The position numbers and the translations under genes are program-made. A DNA stretch of 64,000 nucleotides from an uncultured Myxococcales bacterium (GTDB taxonomy: Bacteria > Myxococcota_A > UBA9042 > DTJE01). Under the pieces are notes generated by a model, which was given only the letters and a program-made list of their open reading frames with translations, did no database searches and was not told the origin of the DNA. Each line of letters opens with the position of its first letter. Positions within the stretch are counted from its first letter, which is position 1. Location: contig CAINDP010000153.1 of the NCBI GenBank assembly GCA_903847405.1, positions 4,121 through 68,120 on the forward strand, given 5' to 3'. Of this stretch, positions 1 through 8,060 are shown in pieces.

Positions 1-745
1 GCACTGGGCCGCGATCAAGGGAACCATCGCGGACCTGCTGATGGGGCTGCGGGCGGGGAACGGGATGATCCGGCCGGACAGCAGCATCTGGGAGGTCCAC
101 TGGAACGGGCGGCAGAAGCAGTACACGTACACGTCGCTGGCGGCGGCGGCGGGCCTGTGCCAGGCGTCGCAGTTCGCCGCAACGCACGGGGCGGCCGCGG
201 ACGCGACAGCCTGGCGCGCGGCGGCCACCGAACTCGTCGGCAGCATCCGGGCGCACGCGGTGGACGGCGGCAACTTCCTGGCGCAGAGCGTCGAGGAACT
301 GGTCGGGGCCTCCGGCTACGTCGACGCGGCCGTCGTCGAGGCCTTCAACTGGGGCCTGCTGGACCCCGCCGGGGCGATCGCGGACGCGACGCTGGCCCGG
401 CTGTCCAGCGACCTCGCCGTGCCGAACGGGATGGGCCTGGCGCGCAACGACGACGGCGGCTGGTACGACCGGTCCGAGTGGGTGCTGATCGACCTGCGGA
501 CCGCGGACGCGTTGCGGCGATCGGGCCGAGCCGCGTCGATCGCCACCGCGGATCGGCGGCTGGACTGGATCACGGCGCAGGGCCTGGCGAACCTGGGCCT
601 GATCGCGGAGCTGCACGACCGCGACACGGCCGACTACGCCGGCGCGGTGCCGATGGTCGGGTTCGGGGCCGGGGCCTACGTGCTGGACCAGTGGCTCCGG
701 GCCGACCCGCCCGCGCCGCAGGCCGCATGCGGCATCAACTGGTAG
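1..745 (+). CDS. glycoside hydrolase family 15-like (glucoamylase/glucodextranase) protein, C-terminal portion; N-terminus outside window
   Basis: Open frame from window edge to stop at 745; GH15-like residues (SIWEVHWNGRQ, NWGLLDPAG, DGGWYDRSEW); heads an alpha-glucan locus. Confidence 0.5.
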   Translation, partial: HWAAIKGTIADLLMGLRAGNGMIRPDSSIWEVHWNGRQKQYTYTSLAAAAGLCQASQFAATHGAAADATAWRAAATELVGSIRAHAVDGGNFLAQSVEELVGASGYVDAAVVEAFNWGLLDPAGAIADATLARLSSDLAVPNGMGLARNDDGGWYDRSEWVLIDLRTADALRRSGRAASIATADRRLDWITAQGLANLGLIAELHDRDTADYAGAVPMVGFGAGAYVLDQWLRADPPAPQAACGINW

Positions 746-832
746 TGCCGGGGGGCGAACCGCTTGCGAAGCCCGGGGACACACACGGATCGGACGCGAC
801 GCCCCGGCCCGACCGCGGGGTGGGCGGGCCGC

Positions 833-2959
833 ATGGCGTGCCGTGTCGCCGTCCCGCTGCTGCTGGTGGCGTGCGGCGGCCAGGCGGCGCCCGGCCTGCC
901 CGTGCGCACCTGCAAGGTGGACTTCGCGGTGCATCCGGCGGCGACGGTCCGGGAGGTCGCGGTCGTAGGGGACTTCAACGACTGGGTCCCGGACGGGCAC
1001 CGGCTGGCCCGGGGGGACGACGGGACGTTCCGGGGCAGTTTCGTCGTGGGCCCGGGACGGCAGCCCTACCGCTTCCGGATCGACGGCGACGAGGTCCTGG
1101 ACGACGCCAATCCCCTGACGCTGTACGGGCGCGACGGGCGCGAGCACAGCGCGCTGGTCCAGCCCGACTGCACGCTGCCGGGCTGGGAGGTCGGGCGGTA
1201 CGAGGTTCGGGAAGGCCGGCTCCAGGCGCACCTGGACTGCCTGGCGGGCGCGGGCGGAAGTCCCTGCGACCCGGCATCCCTGGCGGTGCTGCTGGACGGG
1301 GCGCCGATCGCCGGCGGGGCGCTGCGGGACGGCGCGCTGGACCTGGACCTGGCCCCGCAGCCGTCCGGCAAGCACCGCGTCGAGGTCCGCATCGCCGACA
1401 CGACGGGCATCGCCGCCGAGCCACTGCTGCTCCCCTACTGGGTCCAGGCCGTTCCGTTCGCCTGGGAGGACGCCGTCATCTACCAGGTGATGGTGGACCG
1501 CTTCCGCCGGGGCGACGGCGCGCCGGACGCCGACGCGGGCATCACGATGCGCATGGGCGGCGACTGGGCGGGCGTGGCCGGGGCGATCGACGACGGCACC
1601 TTCGCCCGCCTGGGCGTGAACGTGCTGTGGATTTCGCCGGCGGTCCGCAACGCCGAGGGCACCTGGCCCGGCTTCGACGGGCGGCTGTACCAGTCCTACC
1701 ACGGCTACTGGCCGGTCGCGGCCCGGGAAGCCGAGCCCCGCTTCGGCGGCGCCGACGGCCTGGACGCGCTGGTCCGCACCGCCCACGACCACGGGATGCG
1801 CGTGATCCTGGACATCGTCCCGAACCACGTGCACCAGGACCACCCGTACTTCACGGACCACCGGCAGGAGTGGTTCAACCACCCCGACGGCGACTGCGTG
1901 TGCGGCCGGCAGTGCTCGTGGGCCACGGACATCGACGAGTGCTGGTTCATCGACTACCTGCCCGACCTGGACTGGCGCCGGCCCGAGGTCGTGGACACGA
2001 TGCTGGCGGACGTGTCCTGGTGGCTGACGCGGTTCGACGTGGACGGGCTGCGCGTCGACGCGGTCCCGATGATGCCGCGCCTGGTCACCCGCCACCTGCG
2101 CGACACGGTCACCCGCGCCTTCGCCCCGGGCGCGCCCCACGTGTACCTGGTGGGCGAGACCTTCACCGGGTCCCTGGGCCGCGACCAGATCCGCTGGTAC
2201 CTGGGCCCGTACGGGCTGACCGGGCAGTTCGACTTCCCGCTGATGTGGGCCCTGCGCACGGTGCTGGGCCAGGCGGGCGGCCGGATGACCGACCTCCTGG
2301 ACGAAATGGATCGCAGCCTGGACGCCTGGTCGGGTTCCGGCGCGGTGATGGGGCACATGATCGGGAACCACGACGTGCCCCGGTTCGCGTCGGTGGCCGC
2401 GGGCGATTCCCTGGACGTGCTGCTGCCGCCGCCCCAGCCGACCGCGCTGGAGCCGTATCGTCGCGCGGCGCTGGCGCTGGCCTTCGTGATGACCCAGCCC
2501 GGCGCGCCGGTCGTGTACCAGGGCGACGAACTGGGCCTGGCGGGCGCGGGCGATCCGGACAACCGGCGCCCGATGCCGGCCGAGGCCACCTGGACCGAAC
2601 CGCAGCGGTGGCTGTTCGGGCAGGCGGCCACGATGGGTCGCCTGCGCGGCACGGTGGCTGCGATGCGCGCCGGGGAACGGGTGGACCTGGTGCGGGCCCG
2701 GGACCACGTCGTGTACCGCATGCAGGGCGCCGCCGACGCCGCGCTGATCGGGCTGAACCGGGCCGCGGTCCCGGTCCGCGTCGAGGTGCCCGCCGGCGAC
2801 TGGCCGGAAGGGACCGGCCTGGTGGACTGCCTGGGGGCAGCCGTGAACCGCACCGGCGGATCGATCGAACTGGTGCTGCCCGCCCTGGGTGCGATGGTCG
2901 TGGTCCCCGCGGGCGGCTGCCCGCCCGGCGATCCGGCATCAACCGAACGAGGAGAGTGA
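833..2959 (+). CDS. alpha-amylase family lipoprotein (GH13) with N-terminal CBM48/isoamylase-N-like starch-binding module
   Basis: Lipobox MACRVAVPLLLVACGG at internal ATG 833 of ORF 764..2959; CBM48-like VAVVGDFNDWVPDGHRLARGDDGTFRGSF; GH13 catalytic regions (LWISP, GMRVILDIVPNHV, GLRVDAVPMM, YLVGETF, GNHDVPRF). Confidence 0.85.
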   Translation: MACRVAVPLLLVACGGQAAPGLPVRTCKVDFAVHPAATVREVAVVGDFNDWVPDGHRLARGDDGTFRGSFVVGPGRQPYRFRIDGDEVLDDANPLTLYGRDGREHSALVQPDCTLPGWEVGRYEVREGRLQAHLDCLAGAGGSPCDPASLAVLLDGAPIAGGALRDGALDLDLAPQPSGKHRVEVRIADTTGIAAEPLLLPYWVQAVPFAWEDAVIYQVMVDRFRRGDGAPDADAGITMRMGGDWAGVAGAIDDGTFARLGVNVLWISPAVRNAEGTWPGFDGRLYQSYHGYWPVAAREAEPRFGGADGLDALVRTAHDHGMRVILDIVPNHVHQDHPYFTDHRQEWFNHPDGDCVCGRQCSWATDIDECWFIDYLPDLDWRRPEVVDTMLADVSWWLTRFDVDGLRVDAVPMMPRLVTRHLRDTVTRAFAPGAPHVYLVGETFTGSLGRDQIRWYLGPYGLTGQFDFPLMWALRTVLGQAGGRMTDLLDEMDRSLDAWSGSGAVMGHMIGNHDVPRFASVAAGDSLDVLLPPPQPTALEPYRRAALALAFVMTQPGAPVVYQGDELGLAGAGDPDNRRPMPAEATWTEPQRWLFGQAATMGRLRGTVAAMRAGERVDLVRARDHVVYRMQGAADAALIGLNRAAVPVRVEVPAGDWPEGTGLVDCLGAAVNRTGGSIELVLPALGAMVVVPAGGCPPGDPASTERGE

Positions 2960-2963
2960 CCCG

Positions 2964-3479
2964 ATGCGAACCCGAATCGCCTTCCTGGTCGCCGCCTGTC
3001 TGGCGGGGGCCTCCTGCGCGGAGGACGGCACGAACACGGCTCTCCCGGACGACGGGGCGACCGATCCGGGGACCGGGCCGGACACCGCGGCGTGGGACCC
3101 CGGCAACCCGTCGGAAACCTGCGGAGGCTACGGGTACGGAACCGGGCCGGACTGCGTGCCGGACGGGGCGCTGGACTGCACCCAGGACCCGTGCATCTTC
3201 GGGACCTGTGAAACGGTCGACGGCCAGGGCGTCTGCCGCTGCGACGAAGGCTATGCGGGACGGATCTGCGGCGCGTGCGCGGACGGATGGGTCGAACGGG
3301 GCCTGCGGTGCGTGCGCCAGGAGGGCTGCGACACCTATCCGTGCGTGTTCGGGACCTGCCGCATCCTGAACCAGCAGCCCTATTGCGATTGCGACGCCGG
3401 GTACACCGGCGCAAACTGCGACGAATGCGCTGACGGATACCGGGCGCAGAACCTGCGCTGCGTGAAGGAGGGTGCATGA
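2964..3479 (+). CDS. small cysteine-rich lipoprotein with three EGF-like C-x-C-x-x-G-[YW] modules
   Basis: Internal ATG of ORF 2889..3479 gives signal/lipobox MRTRIAFLVAACLAGASC; repeated CRCDEGYAGRICGACADGW / CDCDAGYTGANCDECADGY motifs; stop overlaps maltoporin start (ATGA). Confidence 0.55.
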   Translation: MRTRIAFLVAACLAGASCAEDGTNTALPDDGATDPGTGPDTAAWDPGNPSETCGGYGYGTGPDCVPDGALDCTQDPCIFGTCETVDGQGVCRCDEGYAGRICGACADGWVERGLRCVRQEGCDTYPCVFGTCRILNQQPYCDCDAGYTGANCDECADGYRAQNLRCVKEGA

Positions 3480-4954
3480 CACCGGCCATGAGGGGGATCG
3501 TCTTGCTGTGCGCGCTGATGCTGGCGGGAATGCCGGTCGCCGCCACCGCCGAACCCGCCGCGGAACCCGCCGCCGTGCCCGCCGCCGCGCCCCTCGACGC
3601 GCCCCGGGCCGACGCGTCCTTCCCGACGGGCTTCCGCTTCGGAACGTACGGTCGCGTCGGGTTTTCCACCGATCTGAAGGGCGCACCCGGCCGCAGCACG
3701 AACCTGGTGACCCACGGCGCCCGCCTGATGGAGGGCTCGTACGCCGAAGTGGACCTGGGGTACGGGATCAAGCTGTCGGACGGGTTCAAGGTCCGCGTCC
3801 TGATGACCCTGGCGTTCTTCGACGAGTTCTTCCACTTCAGCGGCGAGGCGACCCAGGCCATCGCCCTGCGGAACCTCTATGCCGAGGCCTCCGGGTTCCT
3901 CAAGACCGACCTGAAGATCTGGGTCGGATCGCGCATGTACCGCGGCGACGACATCTACCTGCTGGACTGGTGGCCGATGGACGCCCTGAACACGCTGGGC
4001 GCGGGCCTGTCGTGGGACAGCAGCGACCAGGGCTGGCGCCTGCAGGCCCACGCGGGCGTCAACCGCCTGAAGGACACCAGTTCGCTGCGCCGCGTCAGCG
4101 TCCCGTCCACGTTCGGCGCCGACACCATCACGCTGATGGAGCGCCAGCGCGTGGTCGCGTCGGCCAAGGTGACGTGGTTCGGCCGGAAGCTGCTGGGCGA
4201 CCTGTCCCTGAAGGTGTCGCTGTACGGCGAATACCACCGGCTGCCCAAGGGGAACCTGCGCTACAGCGGCGAGTTCAAGGAATACTTCGAGGAATTCGCC
4301 ATCGCCCCGGACCCGAACCTGCTGGCCGAACTGCCCGCGGACGACGGCGGCGTGATCGGCGCGCAGGTGGGGCTGTGGGGCTTCGGGCCCGACTCGCACC
4401 TGAACCTGTTCGCCCGCTATGCCTGGGGCCTGGCCGCGTACGGCGAGTGGGGCGTGCCCTGGGGCGTCAGCCTGGGGCGCACGTCGTCGGGCGCGAAGGA
4501 ACTGGTCCTGGCCGCGTCGCTGAACTGGGAAAACCACGACGTCGGCGTGATGGCGGCGACCTATGGCCGGCTGTTCGTCGACGCCGATCGCAACCGCTAT
4601 GACCTGGACGACTACTGGGAAGGCATCACGGTGGTCCGCCCCGCCTGGTTCGCCACGGAACACTTCCACGTGGCGGCCGAGGTCAGCCACCAGTGGAAGG
4701 AGCCGCGCGGCATCGGGCCGAACGACAACCGGCACCATACGCCCCACGTCGTGCAGATGTCGGCGCTGCCGTCCTTGAGCCTGGGGCGCGGCATGTACCG
4801 GCGGCCGGAATTCCGGGTGGTCTACACGGCCAGTTGGCTGAACGCCGACGCCCGCAACCTGTTCCCGCAGTTCGACGAGCGGCGGGACCGGACGTGGCAG
4901 CACTACGTGGGCGTGCAGGTCGAATGGTGGCTGGACAGCTCCAGCTACCCATGA
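3476..4954 (+). CDS. maltoporin-like (LamB family) outer-membrane sugar porin
   Basis: Signal peptide MTPAMRGIVLLCALMLAGMPVAATA; LamB-like greasy-slide region IWVGSRMYRGDDIYLLDWWPMD (cf. E. coli [22 protein letters not shown]); C-terminal aromatic VQVEWW; positioned between amylases and MalK. Confidence 0.65.
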   Translation: MTPAMRGIVLLCALMLAGMPVAATAEPAAEPAAVPAAAPLDAPRADASFPTGFRFGTYGRVGFSTDLKGAPGRSTNLVTHGARLMEGSYAEVDLGYGIKLSDGFKVRVLMTLAFFDEFFHFSGEATQAIALRNLYAEASGFLKTDLKIWVGSRMYRGDDIYLLDWWPMDALNTLGAGLSWDSSDQGWRLQAHAGVNRLKDTSSLRRVSVPSTFGADTITLMERQRVVASAKVTWFGRKLLGDLSLKVSLYGEYHRLPKGNLRYSGEFKEYFEEFAIAPDPNLLAELPADDGGVIGAQVGLWGFGPDSHLNLFARYAWGLAAYGEWGVPWGVSLGRTSSGAKELVLAASLNWENHDVGVMAATYGRLFVDADRNRYDLDDYWEGITVVRPAWFATEHFHVAAEVSHQWKEPRGIGPNDNRHHTPHVVQMSALPSLSLGRGMYRRPEFRVVYTASWLNADARNLFPQFDERRDRTWQHYVGVQVEWWLDSSSYP

Positions 4955-4962
4955 GGTGCGTG

Positions 4963-6885
4963 ATGAACCGACACACGACGATCGCGCTGGCCACCCTGGC
5001 CCTGGGGGCGTGGGCAGGCTGCTTCGATGCGGGCAAGGAAGGACAACCTCCGAAGATCACCACGGTGGTCCAGGACTGGCGGGACGAGGTGGTCTACCAG
5101 GTCCTGATCGACCGCTTCGCGAACGGCGACGCCAACAACGACTTCAACGTGAAGCCCCTGGCGGCGGCGGCGTACCACGGCGGCGACTACCAGGGCCTGA
5201 TCGACCGCCTGGACTACCTGGCCGACCTGGGCGTCACGGCCCTGTGGATTTCGCCCGTCGTCAAGAACGTCGAGGAGGACGCCGGCGTCGGGGGGTACCA
5301 CGGGTACTGGGCGCAGGACTTCACCGAGGTCAACCCGCACTTCGGGGACATGCCCAAGCTGCGGGAACTGGTAGGAAAGGCACACGACCGCAACATGAAG
5401 GTCATCCTGGACATCGTGACCAACCACGTCGGGCAGTTGTTCTACTACGACATCAACCGCAACGGCGAGGCCGACGAGCAGGTGATGGGGTCGGGCACGT
5501 CGTCGCCCATCACGCGCACCACGGAATGGGACCCGGACTTCGACGAGCGCGGCGTCCAGTCGTTCACCTCCCTGGGGCCGTCGGGCCGGGCGCCGATCAA
5601 CTGGGTGTGGCAGCCCGAAATCAACCGCGTGCCGCCGTGGCCTGCGGAATTCGCGAATCCCGACTGGTACAACCGGATGGGTCGCGTCACGGTCTGGGGG
5701 CGCGAAAAGCAGGCGTGCTATGACGCAGGGCGGATCACGGCGGCGGAACGCGACTCCGGGACCGGGTGGGCCGGGCTGCCGGCGTGCCACGAATACGTGC
5801 GCATGCAGGAGGTCCTGGGCGACTTCCCCGGGGGGCTGAAGGACATCCGGACCGAACTGCCCGAGGTTCGGCAGGCGTTGATCAGCGCCTATGCGTACTG
5901 GGTTCAGCAGGCCGGGTTCGACGGGTTCCGCATCGACACGATCAAGCACGTCGAGGACGACTTCTGGCGCACCTTCTGCCCGGCAATCCGCCAGCAGGCC
6001 GCCGCGATGGGCAAGCACAACTTCCTGATGTTCGGCGAGGCGTTCGACGGCGACGACAAGCTGATCGGCGGCTATACCCGGGACGACATGCTGGATTCGG
6101 TGTTCTATTTTTCCCAGAAGTTCGTCATCGACGACGTGTTCAAGAACGGCGCGCCGACGCGACGCCTGGAGGACCTGTGGAAGGCCCGCATCCCGGGCCA
6201 GGGCGAGGGGCAGACCCTGAACTACGGCACGAACCCCCAGTCGGGAGGGGTCACGGACGCCGCCGGCACGCCGCTGCCGCCCTGGCGCCTGACGGTGAAC
6301 TTCCTGGACAACCACGATCTGCCCCGCTACCTGTACCAGAACCTGGACCGGCCCGGGCTGCACTCGGCGCTGGCGCTGCTGCTGACGATGGACGGGATCC
6401 CGTGCCTGTACTACGGGACCGAGCAGGACTTCGCGGGCGGCAACGATCCGGCGAACCGCGAGGATCTGTGGGCGTCGGGGTTCGCGACCGACGGCGACAC
6501 GTTCGCCTGGATCCGCCAACTGAGCGGGCTGCGGCGGCAACTGGCGCCGTTGCGCCGGGGGGACATGAAGGTCGTCTGGTCCAGCACGAACACCGGGACT
6601 GCCCAGGACGCAGGGATCCTGGCGTTCGAGCGGACGATCCCGGCGTCGGGCGGGTCGGCGGCGGACACCGTGCTGGTCGTCCTGAACACCAGCGCCACGA
6701 ACACGGCCGAAACCAGCGCGGGACTGTCGGGTGGCGGGGACATGATCACCTCGTTCGCGGCGGGAACGAAACTGGTCAACCTGCTGAATGAGCAGGACCC
6801 CACCGACGACGTCACGGTCGGGACGGACGGGGCGGTGCGGTTGAGGCTGCAGCCGCGGACGGCGAAGGTGTTCGTGGTGAGGTAG
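4963..6885 (+). CDS. alpha-amylase family lipoprotein (GH13)
   Basis: Internal ATG 4963 of ORF 4693..6885 gives lipobox MNRHTTIALATLALGAWAGC; GH13 motifs (YQVLIDRFANGD, LWISPV, GYHGYW, KVILDIVTNHVG, GFRIDTIKHV, MFGEAF, LDNHDLPR). Confidence 0.85.
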   Translation: MNRHTTIALATLALGAWAGCFDAGKEGQPPKITTVVQDWRDEVVYQVLIDRFANGDANNDFNVKPLAAAAYHGGDYQGLIDRLDYLADLGVTALWISPVVKNVEEDAGVGGYHGYWAQDFTEVNPHFGDMPKLRELVGKAHDRNMKVILDIVTNHVGQLFYYDINRNGEADEQVMGSGTSSPITRTTEWDPDFDERGVQSFTSLGPSGRAPINWVWQPEINRVPPWPAEFANPDWYNRMGRVTVWGREKQACYDAGRITAAERDSGTGWAGLPACHEYVRMQEVLGDFPGGLKDIRTELPEVRQALISAYAYWVQQAGFDGFRIDTIKHVEDDFWRTFCPAIRQQAAAMGKHNFLMFGEAFDGDDKLIGGYTRDDMLDSVFYFSQKFVIDDVFKNGAPTRRLEDLWKARIPGQGEGQTLNYGTNPQSGGVTDAAGTPLPPWRLTVNFLDNHDLPRYLYQNLDRPGLHSALALLLTMDGIPCLYYGTEQDFAGGNDPANREDLWASGFATDGDTFAWIRQLSGLRRQLAPLRRGDMKVVWSSTNTGTAQDAGILAFERTIPASGGSAADTVLVVLNTSATNTAETSAGLSGGGDMITSFAAGTKLVNLLNEQDPTDDVTVGTDGAVRLRLQPRTAKVFVVR

Positions 6886-6971
6886 GCGGGGGACGGGGCG
6901 GGGACAGGGCGGGGCGGGCACGGGTACGGGCTCGGGTACGGGTACGTGAGGCACTGGGAGCGGGGTGAGGA

Positions 6972-8060
6972 ATGGCGGGACTGAAGCTGCGTGGGATTGG
7001 AAAAGTCTATGACGGGGGCGTGCGGGTCCTGTCGGGGATCGACCTGGAAGTGGCCGACGGCGAATTCCTGGTGCTGGTCGGGCCCTCGGGGTGCGGCAAG
7101 TCCACGCTGCTGCGGATGATTGCGGGGCTGGAGGCGATCACGGAGGGCACGCTGTCGATCGACGGCCGCGTGGTCAACGACGTGCCGCCCAAGGACCGCG
7201 ACCTGGCGATGGTCTTCCAGTCCTACGCGCTGTACCCCCACATGACCGTGCGCGAAAACATGGGCTTTTCCCTGGGGATCCGGCGGGTGGCCCGGGACGT
7301 CATCGCGGCCAAGGTGGACGAGGCGGCGCGGATGCTGGAACTGACGGCCCTGCTGGACCGGCTGCCCAAGGAACTGTCGGGCGGGCAGCGCCAGCGCGTG
7401 GCGATCGGGCGCGCCATCGTGCGGCGGCCCCGCGTGTTCCTGTTCGACGAGCCCCTGTCGAACCTGGACGCGAACCTGCGCGGCCAGATGCGGGTGGAAC
7501 TGAAGACGCTGCACCGGGAACTGGGCACGACGATGGTCTACGTCACCCACGACCAGATCGAGGCGATGACGCTGGCCGACCGGATCTGCGTGCTGGAGGG
7601 CGGGCACGCCCGGCAGATCGACACGCCGACCGGTCTGTACGACGCGCCCGACTCGAAGTTCGTCGCGTCCTTCATCGGCTCGCCGCCCATGAACTTCCTG
7701 TCGCTGCGGCAGCACGAGGGCCGCCTGGCGGGCGACGGTGTGTCCCTGGCGATGCCCGGGACGCCGCAGGCACCGTCCCTGCCCGCGCAGATCGACGTCG
7801 GGCTGCGGCCCCACGAACTGGGCCTGGCGCCGACGGACGGCGGATCGATCGACGCGGTCGTGGACGTTGTGGAAACGGTCGGGTGGGACGTGCACATCCA
7901 CGCGCGTTGCGGCGAAACGCCGGTGCTGGCCCAGGTGGACGGGAAGCAGGCGCGGGGCCTGGACCACGGGGTTCCGGTTCGGTTGTGGGCGGCCACCGGG
8001 GCCGCGAAGCTGTTCGACCCGGCAACGGGAAAATCCCTCCGATTCGTGGGGGGCGTGTGA
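6972..8060 (+). CDS. malK: sugar ABC transporter ATP-binding protein (MalK/UgpC type) with C-terminal regulatory domain
   Basis: Walker A GPSGCGKST, Q-loop, signature LSGGQRQR, Walker B LFDEPLSNLD, H-loop; approx 360 aa with TOBE-like C-terminus. Confidence 0.9.
   Translation: MAGLKLRGIGKVYDGGVRVLSGIDLEVADGEFLVLVGPSGCGKSTLLRMIAGLEAITEGTLSIDGRVVNDVPPKDRDLAMVFQSYALYPHMTVRENMGFSLGIRRVARDVIAAKVDEAARMLELTALLDRLPKELSGGQRQRVAIGRAIVRRPRVFLFDEPLSNLDANLRGQMRVELKTLHRELGTTMVYVTHDQIEAMTLADRICVLEGGHARQIDTPTGLYDAPDSKFVASFIGSPPMNFLSLRQHEGRLAGDGVSLAMPGTPQAPSLPAQIDVGLRPHELGLAPTDGGSIDAVVDVVETVGWDVHIHARCGETPVLAQVDGKQARGLDHGVPVRLWAATGAAKLFDPATGKSLRFVGGV

Noticed and set aside
157-3369. 1070-aa ORF (Arg/Gly/Pro-rich) spanning the GH15 and GH13 genes in another frame
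   Set aside because: Low-complexity RGP-rich translation typical of off-frame high-GC DNA; overlaps well-supported amylase genes
1954-4903. Long minus-strand ORFs (1954..3861, 2163..3686, 3380..4903) antisense to amylase/maltoporin genes
   Set aside because: Antisense to conserved-domain CDSs; RP-rich low-complexity products
7091-8056. N-terminal 320 codons of ORF 7091..10339 upstream of the SBP start
   Set aside because: Overlaps malK in a different frame; real SBP start placed at GTG 8057 overlapping malK stop
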